In this document: piece after piece, positions 38,019-46,736 of the stretch
Position numbering within the stretch: position 1 is the first letter of the stretch
How the letters are laid out: every line of letters begins with the position of its first letter
IMG/VR virus record: IMGVR_UViG_3300027917_000018
Location: 64,001 to 128,000 of that record
Length of the DNA stretch: 64,000 nt
DNA from: a virus
Taxonomy: Duplodnaviria; Caudoviricetes
Direction: 5' to 3' (one strand)
The notes under the pieces: generated by a model
What the model was told of the DNA's origin: nothing
Database searches by the model: none
What the model saw: the letters and a program-made list of their open reading frames with translations, nothing else
Position numbers and translations under genes: made by a program

Positions 38019-38768
38019 ATGTCTGCGTCAATCATCATTCGTGACTTCGAGGCCGCCGATCAAAAGCGGATCGTGCTCAGCAATTCCGAGATGGCCAGGA
38101 TTTTCGACATTGGCACGAATTGGAATCAGCTCAGAATCGGTGTCCACTACATCCTGACCGACCCAGGCCACGACCTGTACACACCCAGGAATTACTACGG
38201 CGTGATTGCCAGCCCCAACGGCAGCAACGGCGTGCTTACCTCCTCCACGAGCCATTTCCTGGGTTGTCGTAACAATCCCTCAATCGCAATGGTTCGGATC
38301 GGGATCGTTGGGGACACGCCCGGCCAGTCCTACTTCCGGGCGAACAACACCAGCAGCCACCAGGTTGTCAAGCGCATCGGTTCAACCGATACGGCAGTTG
38401 CCGTTGCGACTGGCAACCAGTCCTTGGTTGGAACGCCGACGACCCGGCGCAGCGTGCTCCTGGTGGAAATCACCAAGGGTAGCCCAAACTTCACGGTTCA
38501 GGCTGCCGCTTTGCGCGGCGACCAGGCCCTTACGACTACCGGCGTGCTGGATACGACCACCGCAAATTTGACGGCGGCAATGGAGGCTGCCGACATGACT
38601 GGAGCGGTAACGGCGCTCAACCTGGGCATCAGCTATCTGCTGCGGACTGCGAGCACCATCGCCGTAAACGAGGCCGCCGACGGCTATTTCAATGCTGTCT
38701 GTATCGGCTGGGGCCATACGACGCACTTGATGGAGGTCAGCAACCTGCTGGTCTCGAAGGTCAGCTAG
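38019..38768 (+). CDS. Putative fibre/receptor-binding protein (paralog B)
   Basis: Similar termini to paralog A. Confidence 0.65.
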   Translation: MSASIIIRDFEAADQKRIVLSNSEMARIFDIGTNWNQLRIGVHYILTDPGHDLYTPRNYYGVIASPNGSNGVLTSSTSHFLGCRNNPSIAMVRIGIVGDTPGQSYFRANNTSSHQVVKRIGSTDTAVAVATGNQSLVGTPTTRRSVLLVEITKGSPNFTVQAAALRGDQALTTTGVLDTTTANLTAAMEAADMTGAVTALNLGISYLLRTASTIAVNEAADGYFNAVCIGWGHTTHLMEVSNLLVSKVS

Positions 38769-39270
38769 TCAGGAAGCGGTCGTCGGTGACCTGGATCGGC
38801 ACGCCCTTCAGGTCGATGGGGAACCAAAGATTGACGGCTTCCTTGGCCGGACCCATTGGCTCCATCTCCACCGCCTCGGACTCGCGCACGAGTTTTTGGA
38901 TGCCAAAGAGGTTGAGGATGCGCTGGACGCTGCCGATGTCCGGGTAAAGGCGGGGCAGGCTGCTGCTGACCTGGAAATGGGCTTTCCAGCCGTCGGTATG
39001 CTGCTCGATGACGAAAACGACCCGGCAGGCGTTCTTGCTGCGCTGTGCCGTGTCCGGTTCCGGGCTGCTGGAGGGCCGCTGTACCGGCTCCAGGGCGTCG
39101 AGCATCAAGACATGGTTCGGATCAGCGCCGGGCGGCTTGGTGCCCGCAGCGAGCCGTTTACGCATGTCCGTGAGGCTGTAGCGGTGGGCCAGGGCAAATT
39201 CGCGCACCTGGGCGGCCCGCTGCTTGGCTTCCTCGTCGATGATGTAGGTCCGCAAATCGGTGTTGGCCAT
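38761..39270 (-). CDS. Hypothetical protein
   Basis: Start re-chosen at ATG 39270; GTTCT 7 nt upstream. Confidence 0.65.
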   Translation of the reverse strand: MANTDLRTYIIDEEAKQRAAQVREFALAHRYSLTDMRKRLAAGTKPPGADPNHVLMLDALEPVQRPSSSPEPDTAQRSKNACRVVFVIEQHTDGWKAHFQVSSSLPRLYPDIGSVQRILNLFGIQKLVRESEAVEMEPMGPAKEAVNLWFPIDLKGVPIQVTDDRFLTS

Positions 39271-39284
39271 ATCTCCTAGAACGG

Positions 39285-39584
39285 TTAATTGATGGCGGCG
39301 GCAAAGCCCCGGACCGTTTCCCGCCACCATCCCAGGACGACCGGATCGGCTTTGAGGACATCCGCCAGCGCGTCGTACGGCTGCTCGAAGGTTTCCGCCA
39401 CGAACGTCTGGTGGGGCAGGAGCGTCAGGTCCACGGGCTCGAAGAGCACCACGTCGCAGGTGGTTGTGTCCGGGTCCCATTTCCACATGAACCCGATGAT
39501 CTGGTCCCCGTTGAAGATGGCCTGACCTGGCCGGACATCCAGCGAGTGATCCCGCATCTGCATTTGATAGTGCTGAACTCTCAT
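39285..39584 (-). CDS. Hypothetical protein
   Basis: 99-aa ORF in minus-strand run. Confidence 0.55.
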   Translation of the reverse strand: MRVQHYQMQMRDHSLDVRPGQAIFNGDQIIGFMWKWDPDTTTCDVVLFEPVDLTLLPHQTFVAETFEQPYDALADVLKADPVVLGWWRETVRGFAAAIN

Positions 39585-39588
39585 TTGT

Positions 39589-39879
39589 TTACAAATCTAT
39601 CAAGGCCGCTTCACGCTTGTTCTCTTGTAGAACGGCTTCGCCTTTGTCCCGGTCAGCATCCAGGAGCGTGAGCTGCTTTTCGTGGTACCACGCGGTAACG
39701 TGCCAGCCATCCGGCTCGTGGACCAGCAGGTTGTAATCGTGATGGTTGTTGCCGCCGTAGGCATCGCTGTAGCTGTGGACGACGATCGCCTCAAGCCCCG
39801 CTGGAAAGTGGGTCATTGCCGGGCCAAGATTGTCAGCGATCCTGACGCGGTGTCCCCGAAAGAATTTCTGCTTTTTCAT
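39589..39879 (-). CDS. Small SH3/KOW-like hypothetical protein
   Basis: MKKQKFFRGHRVRI...AWYHEKQL; start at ATG 39879. Confidence 0.6.
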   Translation of the reverse strand: MKKQKFFRGHRVRIADNLGPAMTHFPAGLEAIVVHSYSDAYGGNNHHDYNLLVHEPDGWHVTAWYHEKQLTLLDADRDKGEAVLQENKREAALIDL

Positions 39880-40394
39880 AATGCGACGTGCCCGTAGAAG
39901 ACCCGCTCGGCCCGGTAGTTGAAGTTGGAGCCGGTGACCGCCGCGATGAAGCTGACGCGGTTGTTCTTGTCCCAGCCGTCCAGTTCGCACTGGCCGTGCC
40001 ACATGCCGTGAGCCAGCAGGTAGCAGTTGCACCTGAACTTGGCCCATATCATCCGTATTCGGCTGGGCGGGCTCTTGCAGGATTCCACCAGCTCCACCTT
40101 GGCCGTCGGGCTCAAGGTGATGCTGAAAGCGTGGTCGCCGGTCAGGAACCGGTAATCGCCCTGGAGCAGGTCGCCGTAGCCGAAGGGCTTGCGATCCCCG
40201 CACCGGATGCACTCATCCCATTGGTTGCCCGTGATGTCCCGGTTGCCGTGATAGTCGCAGGGCGTGGCCACGCATTGGGTGACCCAGCGCTCCCTGGGGT
40301 GATAGGGATTGCCGATCACGTGCGGCCCGGCGTGGCCCTCGGCCATCGTGCATGGGCTGCCGGTATCGGGGTTGGTGCTGGGGCACGGCTTCAT
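39876..40394 (-). CDS. Cys/His-rich hypothetical protein
   Basis: CP...C..H, C.H...CIRC motifs. Confidence 0.55.
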   Translation of the reverse strand: MKPCPSTNPDTGSPCTMAEGHAGPHVIGNPYHPRERWVTQCVATPCDYHGNRDITGNQWDECIRCGDRKPFGYGDLLQGDYRFLTGDHAFSITLSPTAKVELVESCKSPPSRIRMIWAKFRCNCYLLAHGMWHGQCELDGWDKNNRVSFIAAVTGSNFNYRAERVFYGHVAL

Positions 40395-40420
40395 AAGGAA
40401 GTGAGGAGGCCGCAGGTGGA

Positions 40421-40777
40421 CTACTTGCTCGCGTGTGTCGCAGGTTCCGTTCTAGCGCCACGCCCTTTCTTGCGAGGGCGGCTCCGGCGCGGCTTTGATC
40501 CGGGAGGCGCGGCCTCCTCAAAGGCTTTCTTGACGATCGACTGGTCCAAGGGCGCGAACTTCTTGCTGAAGTGAACGGTCTCCCGGAGCATCCGGCTCAC
40601 GATTTCCAGCCGGAGCGCGGTCAGCTCGTGGGCCACCTGGTCGAATTCGTCCCGGAAGTAGAGGATGACCTCCACCAGCTCGGCCTTGGTGGTCTTGGGC
40701 GAGAGCATGTCCTCCGAGATGTCGTTGCTGATCTGGAGGATTCGGTCGATTGGAATGCGATAATGTTTACGCTTCAT
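40421..40777 (-). CDS. Hypothetical protein with basic tail
   Basis: Start at ATG 40777. Confidence 0.55.
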   Translation of the reverse strand: MKRKHYRIPIDRILQISNDISEDMLSPKTTKAELVEVILYFRDEFDQVAHELTALRLEIVSRMLRETVHFSKKFAPLDQSIVKKAFEEAAPPGSKPRRSRPRKKGRGARTEPATHASK

Positions 40778-41144
40778 AAAGTCGAATTGCGGTTCGTTCC
40801 CAGTAGGCTTGCCGCTCCCGCTTACCGTCAAACACCCAGCTGGCGTGCTGGACGACGTTGTCGGTCGCGTCGTCCGTAAACACCCACCCGCCCTCGGTTG
40901 CCAAGAGAATCGTGCCGTCCCGGCGCGGCCCGACCGCCACCAGGCAGAACGGCCACCGAAGATACTCGAAGTTGTGGCACCACAGCTCTTTGGCGACCAC
41001 GTAAACGGCTGCCGCGTCGATCCGCCTGGCCACGTGAATCAGCTTCTCGGGCAGCTGGAACCGGATGAAAGGCACGGCTTCGTCGGGCGTGTGGATGGCC
41101 TCGGTCGCCTTGATCGCCCGCAAAGCTCGTTCCTTCAGGTTCAT
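40767..41144 (-). CDS. Hypothetical protein
   Basis: Start at ATG 41144 (MNLKERAL...), ATGA coupling. Confidence 0.55.
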   Translation of the reverse strand: MNLKERALRAIKATEAIHTPDEAVPFIRFQLPEKLIHVARRIDAAAVYVVAKELWCHNFEYLRWPFCLVAVGPRRDGTILLATEGGWVFTDDATDNVVQHASWVFDGKRERQAYWERTAIRLYEA

Positions 41145-41419
41145 CGCGCCATCTTCAAAAGCCGCTCCGCATGCTCCTTGCGCAGGACTTCGGCCATTTT
41201 GATCAGCGCCTCGCCCATGACCTGGTTCATTTCGTTGGTTTCGATGCCTTGCAGGGCGTGGCCGTAGCTTTCCAGCACTGCCGCCTCGTAAAGGGGCTTC
41301 TGCTTGAGCCAGTCGATCTGCTCCTGGTACTGCTGCGGCGTCGGGCATTTGTGCAGCAGCATGACCGTGAGCAACGTCGCGCACACGGCGGACCAGAGCA
41401 CTCGTTCTTTGTTTCTCAT
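41141..41419 (-). CDS. Membrane-anchored helical protein
   Basis: N-terminal hydrophobic stretch VLWSAVCATLLTVMLL. Confidence 0.55.
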   Translation of the reverse strand: MRNKERVLWSAVCATLLTVMLLHKCPTPQQYQEQIDWLKQKPLYEAAVLESYGHALQGIETNEMNQVMGEALIKMAEVLRKEHAERLLKMAR

Positions 41420-41862
41420 GACGTGCGGTTCAACAGAATTCGGGTCAAAGCGACCGATCTTTGGGTATAGAACAGCAATTCGTCGCCGTAGTGGTAGCCC
41501 GTCATGTTCATGAGCCAGTGGAGCACGTCGCCAATTTGCTCCTCGCCCGCGCCTTCCAGGACACAAGCCAGCTCGAACGCCTTGGCGTGCTTGTCTGATC
41601 CGCCGCACTTCTTGAAGGTCGCCGACAGGATGTCAGGCCGGTCGAACCATTCCCGCAGCTCCGGGGTGATCTTCACGTTTTTGATCTGGAAGGCGACCCG
41701 CTTGCTCAAGTGGTCGCTGTAGCGGGCAAAGAACAGCGGCTCGCCAAAGTGCTCCCGGAGCGCCTTGCCCGTCTCCAACGCCCACCGGCAGTAGTCCTCG
41801 TGGGACATGTCCGTGTCCAGTTCCACGGTGACCATCGTCCACTTCCTGGCAAACAAGCCCAT
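41416..41862 (-). CDS. Hypothetical protein
   Basis: Start at ATG 41862; FFARY and LHWLMNMTG blocks. Confidence 0.6.
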   Translation of the reverse strand: MGLFARKWTMVTVELDTDMSHEDYCRWALETGKALREHFGEPLFFARYSDHLSKRVAFQIKNVKITPELREWFDRPDILSATFKKCGGSDKHAKAFELACVLEGAGEEQIGDVLHWLMNMTGYHYGDELLFYTQRSVALTRILLNRTS

Positions 41863-41863
41863 A

Positions 41864-42079
41864 TCAGCCCTTTTTCGACCGGCGCTTCTTCTCTTTTTCA
41901 CGCTGTTCCTTCCAATGACGTTCCATAGATTCCAGCTCAGCCCGGAGAACCGCGACAAAGCCTGGGTTGTCTGCGTAGAGGCGGATGCGCTCCTGAAGCT
42001 TGGCCCTTTGTTTGTAGTAGCGGTTGCGCAAATAATTGCGCTGCGTTTCCTCCATCGCGGCTTGTTGCATCGATCCCAT
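41864..42079 (-). CDS. Small coiled-coil protein
   Basis: Charged helical ORF in coupled run. Confidence 0.55.
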   Translation of the reverse strand: MGSMQQAAMEETQRNYLRNRYYKQRAKLQERIRLYADNPGFVAVLRAELESMERHWKEQREKEKKRRSKKG

Positions 42080-42080
42080 A

Positions 42081-42452
42081 TCAGCTTTCCTCCGGCTCAC
42101 GGCTCTCGATGGACGACGGCAACGGCGGCAAGGGCACGGCCAGGATGTCGGGGTGCTTGGGCGCGGTCATGATCTTGCGGGCGGCGCAGAAGCGCTTGCT
42201 GTAGGCCAACAGAGCGTCGCGTTCCCTTTCCGGCACGCTGTTCAATTCGTCCTCGGTAGCCCGTCGCACTTCCAGGTCCTCGCCAAAGCGCATGATGCAC
42301 CCGCACATGGCGCACACTGACCAGTCTCCAGGCTCAGGCATGCGGCCCGTAGGACTGGAGGCAGCGTCCATCTTCTCGTGGCAGTCCGGGCAATACCCCG
42401 CCTCGGGCACCCGCCGCCGTTTCAAGCCTGCTGGAATGATGATTCGTGACAT
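42081..42452 (-). CDS. Zn-ribbon protein
   Basis: CPDC ... CAMCG. Confidence 0.65.
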   Translation of the reverse strand: MSRIIIPAGLKRRRVPEAGYCPDCHEKMDAASSPTGRMPEPGDWSVCAMCGCIMRFGEDLEVRRATEDELNSVPERERDALLAYSKRFCAARKIMTAPKHPDILAVPLPPLPSSIESREPEES

Positions 42453-42455
42453 AAT

Positions 42456-42848
42456 TCAAGCGCCGTGGTTCTTGCACACGGCCATCAACGTCTGTAGAAC
42501 GTGGTTGTAATCCCCGCTCATGGCCTCGTCGGTCAGCTCCTTGATGCGGGCGTCCGGCCACCCAGCCTTTCGAGCGCCCCGGCGAACCTGTGCGATCAAG
42601 TTCATGGCATTGCCGTCAAGGCCGACGAGCCGCACAGGCACCTTGGGCAGGTCGGCGAATCGGGCTTCGAGGGAGCCTGCGGCATTCCATTGTTGGCTGT
42701 ACTTCTCCACAGCGGCACGAGCCTCATCCATGCTGATGTCACCGGGGACGCAGGCGTAGGTCGCCTGGGCGAATTCGGCGGGTGTGCCGTGCTTTTTGGC
42801 CAGCTTCCTTTGAGCGGGCGTCAGGGTGTCAGTGAGCTTGGGTGGCAT
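42456..42848 (-). CDS. Hypothetical early protein
   Basis: VRLVGLDGNAMNLIAQVRR...SGDYNHVL C-terminal domain; AT-rich upstream region. Confidence 0.65.
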   Translation of the reverse strand: MPPKLTDTLTPAQRKLAKKHGTPAEFAQATYACVPGDISMDEARAAVEKYSQQWNAAGSLEARFADLPKVPVRLVGLDGNAMNLIAQVRRGARKAGWPDARIKELTDEAMSGDYNHVLQTLMAVCKNHGA

Positions 42849-43001
42849 GGATTAAAGAATTACATTGACCAGTAAGTCATGCAAGCGTAATCTGTTCGGG
42901 CATTTCTGCTAAATCGCACGCGCCGAGTTAAAAACGTTTGACGGGAAAGCGCTCACGGTTTACGCCAGCGATGCGTAGTCAGCCGGTTTATGCAACGAGC
43001 A

Positions 43002-43031
43002 AAATAACGGATCGCCAAATAACGGATCGCC
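43002..43031 (+). repeat. Tandem 15-bp repeat x2
   Basis: AAATAACGGATCGCC twice, ending 1 nt before ATG 43033. Confidence 0.95.
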
Positions 43032-43032
43032 C

Positions 43033-43848
43033 ATGAAGGAACCAAGAAACGCTGCTGACCCCAAAGCGCTCCAGCGGTTTGTCGATAGGGTGCGCAGGCA
43101 AGCTCACCGCCAGTTCGGCGAGGACATCTTCGTTGATGTTTACGACAGCGCCGTGGCCCAGCGGCTTCAGCTGCTGGCAGTGCCCCACTACCATCTTTGC
43201 GAAACCAACGAGGAATTGCTGCGCGGAGCGGAGCTGGCGATTGCCAACTTGAGGCACGTCTGCGACTACACTGACGCGTGGCTGCGGCATATTGAGTTGG
43301 CGCACCGCGACGACCGCGAAATGCGCGAGCTGGAGGCGCTGGCCAAAAAGCTGTGGCCAGGATTCCCCGTTGCTTTTTCGACAAGCTACTCGGGTTTTGA
43401 CCGGCGCTCGGACGAGGTCATTCGGCGGCCCAAGCAGCTTGCAAGCTTGCGCACGGACAGTGATTCGCGTGCTGGGCTTCACAAAGAGCGCCTGGCCTAC
43501 CTTCATCTGGCGGCTAAGGAAATGGCCAAGCCTACGTGGCGGCGCGGCATCACGATCAAGGAAATCCTGGTCACGATGACGAGCTATTCCATGAGCGTGT
43601 ACGCCAGGACCAACATCACGCAGGAAGAGCTGCGGCGTGCGGCGGCGTACCGGGAAACGATGCGTGACGCCGACAAGGCGGTGGCTGAATGGGCAGCGGC
43701 GCACGGCCTTGAAAAAGAAGGTATTTCCCGTCGAGAGCTGACGCGAATGATTGAGTTCTTTGCTAAGCAGACGCTGAAGGCTTACGCCAAGAAGCGGCGA
43801 TCCGTAACACGGCGATCCGTAACACGGCGATCCGTAAAACGAGGATAG
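43033..43848 (+). CDS. Hypothetical helical protein flanked by inverted repeat arrays
   Basis: 271-aa ORF; C-terminus RRSVT x3 encoded by the repeat array. Confidence 0.7.
   Translation: MKEPRNAADPKALQRFVDRVRRQAHRQFGEDIFVDVYDSAVAQRLQLLAVPHYHLCETNEELLRGAELAIANLRHVCDYTDAWLRHIELAHRDDREMRELEALAKKLWPGFPVAFSTSYSGFDRRSDEVIRRPKQLASLRTDSDSRAGLHKERLAYLHLAAKEMAKPTWRRGITIKEILVTMTSYSMSVYARTNITQEELRRAAAYRETMRDADKAVAEWAAAHGLEKEGISRRELTRMIEFFAKQTLKAYAKKRRSVTRRSVTRRSVKRG
43795..43839 (-). repeat. Tandem 15-bp repeat x3, inverse of the 43002 core
   Basis: CGGCGATCCGTAACA x2 plus CGGCGATCCGTAAAA; reverse complement contains ACGGATCGCC. Confidence 0.95.
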
Positions 43849-43851
43849 GAT

Positions 43852-44130
43852 ATGAGCGCAGAAAGTGAGCAGCTGAAGGCTTTGGCCAAGGCGGTAGAGG
43901 GTTTGGCCAAAGAAGCAGGCTCAATCGGCATGCTCAGCATGTCGCTTGACGATCTGAAGGATAAAGTTTCCGCCAACCAGGAGTACACTATCGCGCATCT
44001 GCTTGGTGAGATTTCTCTTTCAGGTTACAGGATAGCTGACGGCCTTGTGCTGGTCGCTCACGCAATCAATCCTGATCTGATCACCAAGGAAGACGTGGAG
44101 GGTTTGATGGCTAGGCATCCACGAGCATAG
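43852..44130 (+). CDS. Hypothetical protein (lower GC)
   Basis: 92-aa ORF with GGA-containing upstream sequence. Confidence 0.55.
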   Translation: MSAESEQLKALAKAVEGLAKEAGSIGMLSMSLDDLKDKVSANQEYTIAHLLGEISLSGYRIADGLVLVAHAINPDLITKEDVEGLMARHPRA

Positions 44131-44231
44131 AATGAGCAAAGCAACGATTTGGGGAGCCGCCCAACGGGTGACGACTGGAGGCGCTGAGTGGCGTCTTCGG
44201 GCTCCCCTTAACATCCGATCCGTAATACCAC

Positions 44232-44696
44232 ATGGAATCCAAACTCAAGCTCGGACAGACGGTCACGGACAAAATCACCGGCCTGACCGGCGTCATTACC
44301 TGCATCGCCGAATTCATGCACTCGCCGCCCCGCGTCTGCGTGACGCCGCGCAAGAAGCCCAAGGACGCGGAGAAAGAGAGCGACCACTGGCTGGACGAGG
44401 CCAGGCTCAAACCAGGCAAGATCGCGCTGAAGGTGGAACGGAAGCCCGCCACGGTTCCTTTTGGCCAGAAGGTCAAGGACCCGATCAGCGGTTTCAGCGG
44501 CGTGGCCACCGCCCGGTTCTTCCACATCAACGGGTGTATCCAAATCGAGGTCACCCCGGACAAGCTCAAGGCGGACGGCAGCATCATCAAACCGTGGGCC
44601 TTTGACGAGCAGCGCCTGGAATGGAAAGGCAAAACCGAGAGTAAGGCAGGTCCGGGCGGCCCGTCGATCGAATGCCCAGGTTTACCGACATGCTAG
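44232..44696 (+). CDS. Tandem SH3/KOW-like repeat protein
   Basis: GQTVTDKITGLTGVIT...WLDEARL and GQKVKDPISGFSGVAT...FDEQRL. Confidence 0.7.
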   Translation: MESKLKLGQTVTDKITGLTGVITCIAEFMHSPPRVCVTPRKKPKDAEKESDHWLDEARLKPGKIALKVERKPATVPFGQKVKDPISGFSGVATARFFHINGCIQIEVTPDKLKADGSIIKPWAFDEQRLEWKGKTESKAGPGGPSIECPGLPTC

Positions 44697-44953
44697 CAAA
44701 ACTTGCCAGACTGACAGTTTGTGACTGTGGTTTTCCGACGCTCGATGAGCGCATTCCGCTGGGCACGGAGTACGAGATTGATCCCGACAAGCGAAAGCAG
44801 GCCACGATGTTTTGTGGAGGTTGCGGCAAGCCAATAGAACTTGTGGTGGTGTACGCCGCCCCGCGCCTGTTTGGGCAAACGGGCGGTTTTTTGCCGGAAT
44901 GTTTGTTCGACAATTTGCCCCGGCGGGCGTCGGCGGAGGCACAGCCGGACTGA
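44690..44953 (+). CDS. Small Zn-binding protein
   Basis: CDC ... CGGCG. Confidence 0.55.
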   Translation: MLAKLARLTVCDCGFPTLDERIPLGTEYEIDPDKRKQATMFCGGCGKPIELVVVYAAPRLFGQTGGFLPECLFDNLPRRASAEAQPD

Positions 44954-45007
44954 AAATCCGTCGAGTGAGACCGTCCGGTCGCCGGGGCACCTATTACAGG
45001 AGTAGCT

Positions 45008-45295
45008 ATGACGAAGGAACAAGCGGAAAGACTGATCGTAGTGCTTGAGACCTTGGTAAACGGAGGATTGTCTGACGCGGCTGCCGCAGCCTGCGCGGGC
45101 GCTGTCAGCGACAATGTTGAGTCAATAGCCACGAGTTTAGCTGACGTGGCCAACTCAATTTCTGACGGCAGGTTGCCCTCTCTTAGGCCAGCTAGTCCAG
45201 AGCCGTCGTTGTCAGAAGCGGTAAAAGGAGCTGGGCAGAATATCCGCAAAGGTCTGGAAACCTTAGCCGACGCCATTCTGGCAGGCAAGTCCTGA
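45008..45295 (+). CDS. Hypothetical helical protein (lower GC)
   Basis: 95 aa; repeated ESIATSLADVA / KGLETLADAI helices. Confidence 0.55.
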   Translation: MTKEQAERLIVVLETLVNGGLSDAAAAACAGAVSDNVESIATSLADVANSISDGRLPSLRPASPEPSLSEAVKGAGQNIRKGLETLADAILAGKS

Positions 45296-45387
45296 TGATT
45301 TGCGCTGGGTGGCCCCAGTGCGGCGGCGGGCGCGCCTCTGTGAGGCTTAAACGGGTTGTAGCCCGCCGCCTTTCCGTTCTATTGGGT

Positions 45388-45711
45388 ATGAGCGCACAAT
45401 CGTTTACATCCAATCATTGGACCACCCCGGACGGCGTGCCAGCTGGTGGCTGCTCCTTCGGCACGGGCTTCTGCATCTCCTGGCAAAACGGGCCGCTCGG
45501 TCGCGGCGAGGATCGCTTGCCGCACAACGGGGCGTTTGTCGAAACTTTGCTGGAGGTCGTGGCCGACCGGCTGGTGTACTACCAGAACAGCCGGTTCGCG
45601 TGCGACGAGAACACCGACGCCCTTGAGCACATCGGCAAGGCGCTGGAAACACTGCGTTCCAGGACGGCCAAGCGGGAGGCCCGCCAGGTGGAGGGTACTG
45701 CGGAGGTTTAA
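45388..45711 (+). CDS. tad1: Tad1-like anti-Thoeris nucleotide-sponge protein
   Basis: ISWQNGP...NG...LLEVVADRL..YQ...F...EN..AL.H...AL..L..R...R..RQVEGT matches the Tad1 pattern recalled from memory; GTTCT 7 nt before ATG. Confidence 0.75.
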   Translation: MSAQSFTSNHWTTPDGVPAGGCSFGTGFCISWQNGPLGRGEDRLPHNGAFVETLLEVVADRLVYYQNSRFACDENTDALEHIGKALETLRSRTAKREARQVEGTAEV

Positions 45712-45713
45712 CA

Positions 45714-46202
45714 ATGCCACGCGATACCAGTGCGGAGGCGTACGCAGCTATCAGGGAGTCCGGCTACTTGGGGCAAACACTGTGGGCTGTTTACGATTGC
45801 CTTTACAGGTTCGGTGGGCGCTACGGTGACGGCCAGGGGCTTTCTCAGACCGAATGCTACCACACCGCAATCGATAAGGGGCTTGTTGAGGCCGACAAAA
45901 AGGACTCATTAGGCCCGCGCTTTGCGCCGCTGGAGCGAATGGGCATCATACAGCGCGTGGCCAAACGTCAGTGCCACTATACCGAACGAACGGTTTGGTG
46001 CTACGATGCGACAAGCTTTGTGCCTACTTCCGAGCAAGTCGCGGAGGCGCTTCGACGCCCGAGGACATTTTGGGCCGTGTTGGGTAAAGGCGAGCGGGCT
46101 GGCGTTCTTTGGCTGGACAAGAAGGAGGCCAAGGAAGACTTGCGACAAACAAGCGCCGAGCTGCCCGGCAGCGAGATGTTTGAGGTTACGGAGAGGGTAT
46201 GA
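45714..46202 (+). CDS. Winged-helix-like hypothetical protein
   Basis: TSAEAYAAI N-terminus; PRFAPLERMGII. Confidence 0.6.
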   Translation: MPRDTSAEAYAAIRESGYLGQTLWAVYDCLYRFGGRYGDGQGLSQTECYHTAIDKGLVEADKKDSLGPRFAPLERMGIIQRVAKRQCHYTERTVWCYDATSFVPTSEQVAEALRRPRTFWAVLGKGERAGVLWLDKKEAKEDLRQTSAELPGSEMFEVTERV

Positions 46203-46684
46203 GGTCGACGGGCACTCACATTCCCTTCACAGTGCTGGCGGCGACGCTTTGCCCAAGCTTGCCGATGGCGGAGCTGGGCATGGGCCATTACAGCACGCCC
46301 ATCTTCAATGCCTTGGCCCGCCTGGGCCGCCGGGTGCTGAGCTACGAGACGAACGAGACCTGGCTCAAGGTTTTCCAGCCCTTAGCCCACCCCAACCACC
46401 AGATGCTGCTGGTCAAGGACGGCTGGGAGAACGAGCGGCTGGAGCAAAAGTGGGGCTTCGTCCTGGTAGACATGGAGCCGCCCGAGGCCAGGGCTCCGGT
46501 GATTCGGCGCTTATCGGACTGGGCGCAAGTCCTCGTTCTCCACGACACCCAGGACCCGATCTACGGCTACGCGCCCATTTGGCCGCTGTTCAAGTACCGA
46601 GCGGACTATACGTTTTGGCCGACAACAACGGCAGTCGTGAGCAATGCCATTGACGTGCGGAAGTTCTTTCCGGGACCAGAATGA
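46199..46684 (+). CDS. Class I SAM-dependent methyltransferase-like protein
   Basis: ELGMGHYST motif I, VLSYE, FVLVD, LVLHD. Confidence 0.75.
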   Translation: MRSTGTHIPFTVLAATLCPSLPMAELGMGHYSTPIFNALARLGRRVLSYETNETWLKVFQPLAHPNHQMLLVKDGWENERLEQKWGFVLVDMEPPEARAPVIRRLSDWAQVLVLHDTQDPIYGYAPIWPLFKYRADYTFWPTTTAVVSNAIDVRKFFPGPE

Positions 46685-46701
46685 GAATTATGGAAATTTC
46701 A

Positions 46702-46730
46702 TTGACGGCTATCTTATGCCGTGAGAACGT
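46702..46730 (+). promoter_or_regulatory. Sigma70-like promoter (weak -10)
   Basis: TTGACGGCTA identical to 34403-34412; 17-nt spacer; TG-a-GAACGT. Confidence 0.4.
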
Positions 46731-46736
46731 GTAAGC

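Noticed and set aside
36766-38768. Diversity-generating retroelement targeting the fibre paralogs
   Set aside because: No reverse transcriptase and no near-identical TR/VR pair differing at adenines within the window.
41469-41473. Extra GTTCT motif copy on the minus strand
   Set aside because: Lies inside a coding region with no start codon at the expected distance.
43795-43839. Short repeat array considered as CRISPR
   Set aside because: Units are directly abutting 15-mers with no spacers and no cas genes.
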